DNA of 64,000 bases from Spirochaetales bacterium (GTDB lineage: Bacteria; Spirochaetota; Spirochaetia; JABEVK01), in assembly GCA_037142615.1 (NCBI GenBank), contig JBAXAI010000005.1:64001-128000 (forward strand), in the 5' to 3' direction. A program made the position numbers and the translations under genes. This document shows, piece after piece, positions 60,055-64,000 of this stretch. The notes below the pieces were generated by a model. That model was not told the origin of the DNA, ran no database searches, and saw nothing but the letters and a program-made list of their open reading frames with translations. Position 1 is the stretch's first letter, and each line of letters begins with the position of its first letter.

Positions 60055-61047
60055 ATGTCGATCATCAATAACAGCAAAACCGACCCCAACAAAATCCTGC
60101 CCATGACCTACATGTGGGCCCGCCAGCACTACAAAGACGGCGTGGCGAACAACTGGGTTCCCGAAGAAATCCCGATGCAGGACGACATTGAGCAGTGGAA
60201 AAACTCGACCGCGCTCACCGACGAAGAACGCCGGCTCATCTACTGGAACCTGGGCTTTTTCAGCACCGCTGAGAGCCTCACGGCCAACAACATCGTGCTC
60301 GCGGTGTACAACCACGTCACCAACCCCGAGTGCCGCCAGTACATGCTGCGCCAGGCCTACGAAGAGGCCATCCACACCGACACGTTCATCTACTGCTGCG
60401 ACTCGCTCGGTCTCGACCCGGAACAGATCTACACGATGTACCAGACGATTCCTTCGATCAAAGAGAAGGACGACTTCGTGGTGGAGCTCACCAAGAGCGT
60501 GTTCGACCCCAACTTCAACACCATCGGCGACAACAACATCCAGGCCTTCGTGCACGACCTGATCGGCTACTACGTCATCATGGAAGGCATTTTTTTCTAC
60601 GCCGGCTTCGCCATGATGCTCGCGCTCAAGCGCCAGCGCAAAATGATCGGCATCGGCGAGCAGTTCGAGTACATCATGCGCGACGAGAGCATTCACCTCA
60701 ACTTCGGCTGCGACCTGATCACCACCATCGTCAGCGAGTTCCCCCAAATCTGGACTCCCGCGTTCAAGGAAGAGATCGTGCGCCTGATCAAGAAGTCGGT
60801 GGAGCTCGAAAAAATCTACGCCCGCGATGCTTGCCCGGGGGGCATCTTGGGCATCAACAGCGAGCAGTTCTGCGACTACGTCGAATACATCGCCGACCGC
60901 CGCCTGGAACGCATCGGCCTGACCAAGGTGTACGACACCGAAAACCCCTTCCCCTGGATGAGCCAAGCCACCGACCTGTCGAAAGAGAAGAACTTCTTCG
61001 AAACCCGGGTGACCGAATATCAAACGGGTGGGCTGGACTGGGACTGA
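60055..61047 (+). CDS. nrdB: Ribonucleotide reductase beta subunit with class Ic (R2c, Mn/Fe) signature
   Basis: FFSTAESL; EEAIHTDTF; MEGIFFYAGF; RDESIH; KEKNFFETRVTEY. Confidence 0.93.
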   Translation: MSIINNSKTDPNKILPMTYMWARQHYKDGVANNWVPEEIPMQDDIEQWKNSTALTDEERRLIYWNLGFFSTAESLTANNIVLAVYNHVTNPECRQYMLRQAYEEAIHTDTFIYCCDSLGLDPEQIYTMYQTIPSIKEKDDFVVELTKSVFDPNFNTIGDNNIQAFVHDLIGYYVIMEGIFFYAGFAMMLALKRQRKMIGIGEQFEYIMRDESIHLNFGCDLITTIVSEFPQIWTPAFKEEIVRLIKKSVELEKIYARDACPGGILGINSEQFCDYVEYIADRRLERIGLTKVYDTENPFPWMSQATDLSKEKNFFETRVTEYQTGGLDWD

Positions 61048-61052
61048 GAAGC

Positions 61053-61466
61053 GTGCAGACCGATGTGCGCTGGATGCAGCGCCTGGCGAACTACCGCCGC
61101 GCCTGCGCCAACCTCGAGGCGGCCACCAAGCTGGCAGCAACGCGCCCTTTGTCAGAGCTCGAAGGTCAGGGTTTGATCCAAGCTTTTGAGTTTACGCACG
61201 AACTGGCCTGGAATGTGATGAAGGATTGGTTCGACGACCAGGGAGCCACCATCATCACAGGATCCAAGGACGCCACGAGAGAAGCCTTTGCCAAGGGGCT
61301 CATCGCCGAAGGGCAAGTGTGGATGGACATGATCAAGGGGCGAAACCTCTCGTCACACACCTACAATGCCGCCACGGCCGACGAGCTGACGACGTCGATC
61401 CTGACCCGCTTCGCGCCGGAGTTGCTGGCGTTCTGCAGGTCGATGACCAAGAGGGAAGCGCCGTGA
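61053..61466 (+). CDS. HEPN protein (HI0074-like nucleotidyltransferase substrate-binding family)
   Basis: RW.QRLANY; GLIQAFEFTHELAW; RNLSSH (Rx4H); GTG start. Confidence 0.88.
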   Translation: MQTDVRWMQRLANYRRACANLEAATKLAATRPLSELEGQGLIQAFEFTHELAWNVMKDWFDDQGATIITGSKDATREAFAKGLIAEGQVWMDMIKGRNLSSHTYNAATADELTTSILTRFAPELLAFCRSMTKREAP

Positions 61467-61768
61467 TTCCCGGATTGCCTGCCCAGGCCTCAATAGCTGT
61501 GGAAGCCATCCTCGGTGCGACCCCCGGCGTTCGCCAAGCCGTTGTGTACGGTTCGCGCGCCAAAGGCAACTTTCGCCCTGGGTCCGATGTCGATATCTGC
61601 CTCGATGCGCCCGGGCTATCCCTTTCCCAGCTAGGGAACCTGGAAGACCGGATCGACGACTTGTACCTGCCCTGGAAGTTTGACCTCACGGTGCGCCAGA
61701 AGATCGCCGACCCGGCCCTCTTGGAGCACATCGACAGGGTGGGTGTGGTGCTGGAGCGAGGTAGCTAG
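61463..61768 (+). CDS. Minimal nucleotidyltransferase (MNT)
   Basis: VYGSRAKGNFRPGSDVD; LPWKFDL; LLEHIDRVG; GTGA overlap with HEPN. Confidence 0.9.
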   Translation: MIPGLPAQASIAVEAILGATPGVRQAVVYGSRAKGNFRPGSDVDICLDAPGLSLSQLGNLEDRIDDLYLPWKFDLTVRQKIADPALLEHIDRVGVVLERGS

Positions 61769-61935
61769 AAGCCGGTGAACAGCAGGTCGATCGCGGCGAT
61801 CAAGCCGGTGCGGTCGGCCTTGGCGGAGCCGACGACTGGCCCGGGGAGACTCACCGGCACGGCCGCCAGTTCCTGAAACACAACGACAAACTCCTTCCCA
61901 TCGACCATCACGGTCGGGTTCAAGCGGCTCACGGC
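61765..61935 (-). pseudogene. ccdB: CcdB-family toxin remnant (C-terminal half)
   Basis: RLNPTVMVDGKEFVVVFQELAAVP...IAAIDLLFTGF*; typical N-terminus and ccdA absent. Confidence 0.7.
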
Positions 61936-62112
61936 TGGTCTGCTGGAACTAGCCGGGCGAACGGAGGCAAACCACCCGCGTTGGTAGTCGCCCGAGAACG
62001 CTCGCTCAACCTGCGGCAGATCCATGCACTTACCTGCCAAACCCCTTGACCGCCCGGGCAATTTGGGAACAAGCTCATAGTACACGCGTTCTACACAGCG
62101 CGTCCCACACAA

Positions 62113-62796
62113 ATGAGCCAAACCCGCACCGCCCGCATGATCTACCAGATTCCCGAAACCCGCCGGATGATTCTCGACACGGCGTGGAAGCTCTTCCTCG
62201 AAAGGGGCTTTTTCGACACCCAGATGAAGGACGTCGCGGACGCGGCCGGCATCGGCCGGACCAGCCTGTACCGCTACTTTCAAGACAAGACTGACCTCGC
62301 GGCGACGCTCATGGACCAGGCGCTGTCGGAGTTCAGCCAAGACGAGGAGTGGCGCGACGAACTGCCTGCGGGAGCCAACGGACTCGAGACGCTGAGGAGT
62401 TACTTCCGGTCCCATTGGCTGTCGCCGCGGTTCCATGAGCAATTCGTGTTCTTGGCCGAGTTCGACGCCTTCTTTTCGGGGAACCGCATTCCCGGCGGGA
62501 AGCAGGGTTCGGCGGGCTTCCGGGCGACCTTGAACGAACATCTCCAGAGTGTCAGCGACTTCAGCCTCGCCGACTTGTTCGCCCAGGGCATCATCGACGG
62601 CAGCATCCGCGGCGATCTCGACCTTCACCTGACGGGCGTCACCCTGCTGAACGCCGTGCGAAGTCTGCAGCAGCGGGTTCTGTTGCGTGGCGATTTGCTG
62701 ATCGAAACCCTGCCCGGCGAACCGGAAAAGATGACGTTCGCGCTCGTCGATCTTCTGATCGACGGCCTCAGACCAACCCAAGGAGACACCCCATGA
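62113..62796 (+). CDS. TetR/AcrR transcriptional regulator
   Basis: ILDTAWKLFLERGF..TQMKDVADAAGIGRTSLYRYFQDK. Confidence 0.92.
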   Translation: MSQTRTARMIYQIPETRRMILDTAWKLFLERGFFDTQMKDVADAAGIGRTSLYRYFQDKTDLAATLMDQALSEFSQDEEWRDELPAGANGLETLRSYFRSHWLSPRFHEQFVFLAEFDAFFSGNRIPGGKQGSAGFRATLNEHLQSVSDFSLADLFAQGIIDGSIRGDLDLHLTGVTLLNAVRSLQQRVLLRGDLLIETLPGEPEKMTFALVDLLIDGLRPTQGDTP

Positions 62797-64000
62797 AGAA
62801 GAACACTGATGCGCTGCTCAAAGAACTCACCCTGGAAGAAAAGGCCGGACTCTGTTCTGGCAAAGACTTTTGGACCACCAAACCGGTCGAACGCCTTGGC
62901 CTCGGTTCGTGGATGATGACCGATGGTCCGCACGGCCTGCGCAAACAGGTCGCCAAGGACGGGCTCGGCTTGCTCGACAGCGTGCCCTCCACGTGCTTCC
63001 CGTCGGGCGTCGCCCTGGCCTCGACCTGGAACCGGGCCCTGATCGAAGAGGTCGGACAGGCCCTGGGCCGCGAGTCCAAGGCCAACCAGGTGGGCGTCAT
63101 CCTCGGGCCTGCCGTCAACATCAAGCGAAGCCCTTTGTGCGGACGCAACTTTGAGTACCTGTCGGAAGACCCTTACGTGGCGGGCGAAATGGCCAAGCAC
63201 CACATTCTCGGCGTACAGTCACAAGGAGTCGGCACCTCGCTCAAGCACTTCGCAGTTAACAACCAGGAAAAACTGCGCATGACCATCGATGCCATCGTCG
63301 ACGAGCGCACGCTGCGCGAAATCTACCTGCCGGCGTTCGAAACGGCCGTGGTGGGGGCCCAACCGTGGACCGTGATGTGCAGCTACAACAAGCTCAACGG
63401 CACCTACGCCGCCGAGAACGCTTGGTTGCTCACGCAGGTCCTCAAGGAAGAATGGGGCCACACCGGCTTCGTGGTCACCGACTGGGGCGCCGCCAATGAC
63501 AGGGTCGAGGGCCTCCGTGCGGGCGAGGACTTGGAGATGCCCGGCAACGGCGGCATCACCGACGCCGACATCGTCAAGGCCGTGAAGAGCGGCAAGTTGC
63601 CCCTGGCCGACCTCGACAGGGCCGTGCGGCGCATCTTGAACATCACCGCCAAGGTGTTCGACAACCTCGACGCCAAGGCCAGCTACGACCAAGCCGCACA
63701 CCACGCGCTGGCGCGCCGAGTCGCCACCGAGGCGATGGTCCTGCTCAAAAACGACGGGTCCGTTTTGCCGCTCACGCAAAAGAAGGTGGCCTTTGTCGGC
63801 GCGTTTGCCCGCACCCCCCGCTACCAGGGCGGCGGCAGCAGCCACATCGTCCCCACTCAGATCGACGACGCGGTCGCAGTGGCTCAAAAGGAAGCTCCGG
63901 CCGGTACCGAAATCATCTTCGCCCCCGGCTATGTGATGGATGCGGAACTGCCCGACGCCAAGTTGATCGCCGAAGCGGTCGCCGTAGCCAAGGACGCCGA
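62793..64000 (+). CDS. GH3 beta-glucosidase; runs off the window
   Basis: Hand translation: LTLEEKA; TDGPHGLR; GPAVNIKRSPLCGRNFEYLSEDP; KHFA; VVTDWGA; MVLLKN; AAGGAG RBS. Confidence 0.93.
   Translation, partial: MKKNTDALLKELTLEEKAGLCSGKDFWTTKPVERLGLGSWMMTDGPHGLRKQVAKDGLGLLDSVPSTCFPSGVALASTWNRALIEEVGQALGRESKANQVGVILGPAVNIKRSPLCGRNFEYLSEDPYVAGEMAKHHILGVQSQGVGTSLKHFAVNNQEKLRMTIDAIVDERTLREIYLPAFETAVVGAQPWTVMCSYNKLNGTYAAENAWLLTQVLKEEWGHTGFVVTDWGAANDRVEGLRAGEDLEMPGNGGITDADIVKAVKSGKLPLADLDRAVRRILNITAKVFDNLDAKASYDQAAHHALARRVATEAMVLLKNDGSVLPLTQKKVAFVGAFARTPRYQGGGSSHIVPTQIDDAVAVAQKEAPAGTEIIFAPGYVMDAELPDAKLIAEAVAVAKDA

Overview
GC-rich bacterial chromosomal segment whose gene content suggests a free-living spirochaete (inference from the FapA/DUF342, PEGA, FGE-lipoprotein, Rpn and caspase-domain genes). 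From left to right it carries a partial MCP gene, then a sugar locus (two GH94 phosphorylases, histidine kinase, AraC regulator, xylulokinase, xylA). Next is a ~10.5-kb all-minus-strand accessory island (about 13.4-23.9 kb) with two Rpn/PD-(D/E)XK genes plus a deleted duplicate, Phd-PIN and BrnT/BrnA-like TA pairs, an AAA-DUF4143 ATPase, a broken REP-associated HUH transposase (RAYT), an FN3/FGE(CLec) lipoprotein ending in a DGR-like variable region, and a secreted caspase-domain protein. The rest is housekeeping and signalling genes, including separated nrdA and nrdB (nrdB has class Ic signatures), a HEPN-MNT pair, a ccdB relic, TetR and a partial GH3 gene. Most notable: (1) a GGGGWCAGACC(TC) motif found beside the RAYT and six more times inside protein-coding genes, several as inverted pairs; (2) an orphan DGR-type target; (3) internal ribosome-binding sites for small Rpn antitoxins, retained even in the deleted copy; (4) a recoded duplicate of the NrdA CxxC tail; (5) an apparent ATC start codon; (6) many leaderless-type promoters. 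No rRNA, tRNA or CRISPR array was seen.
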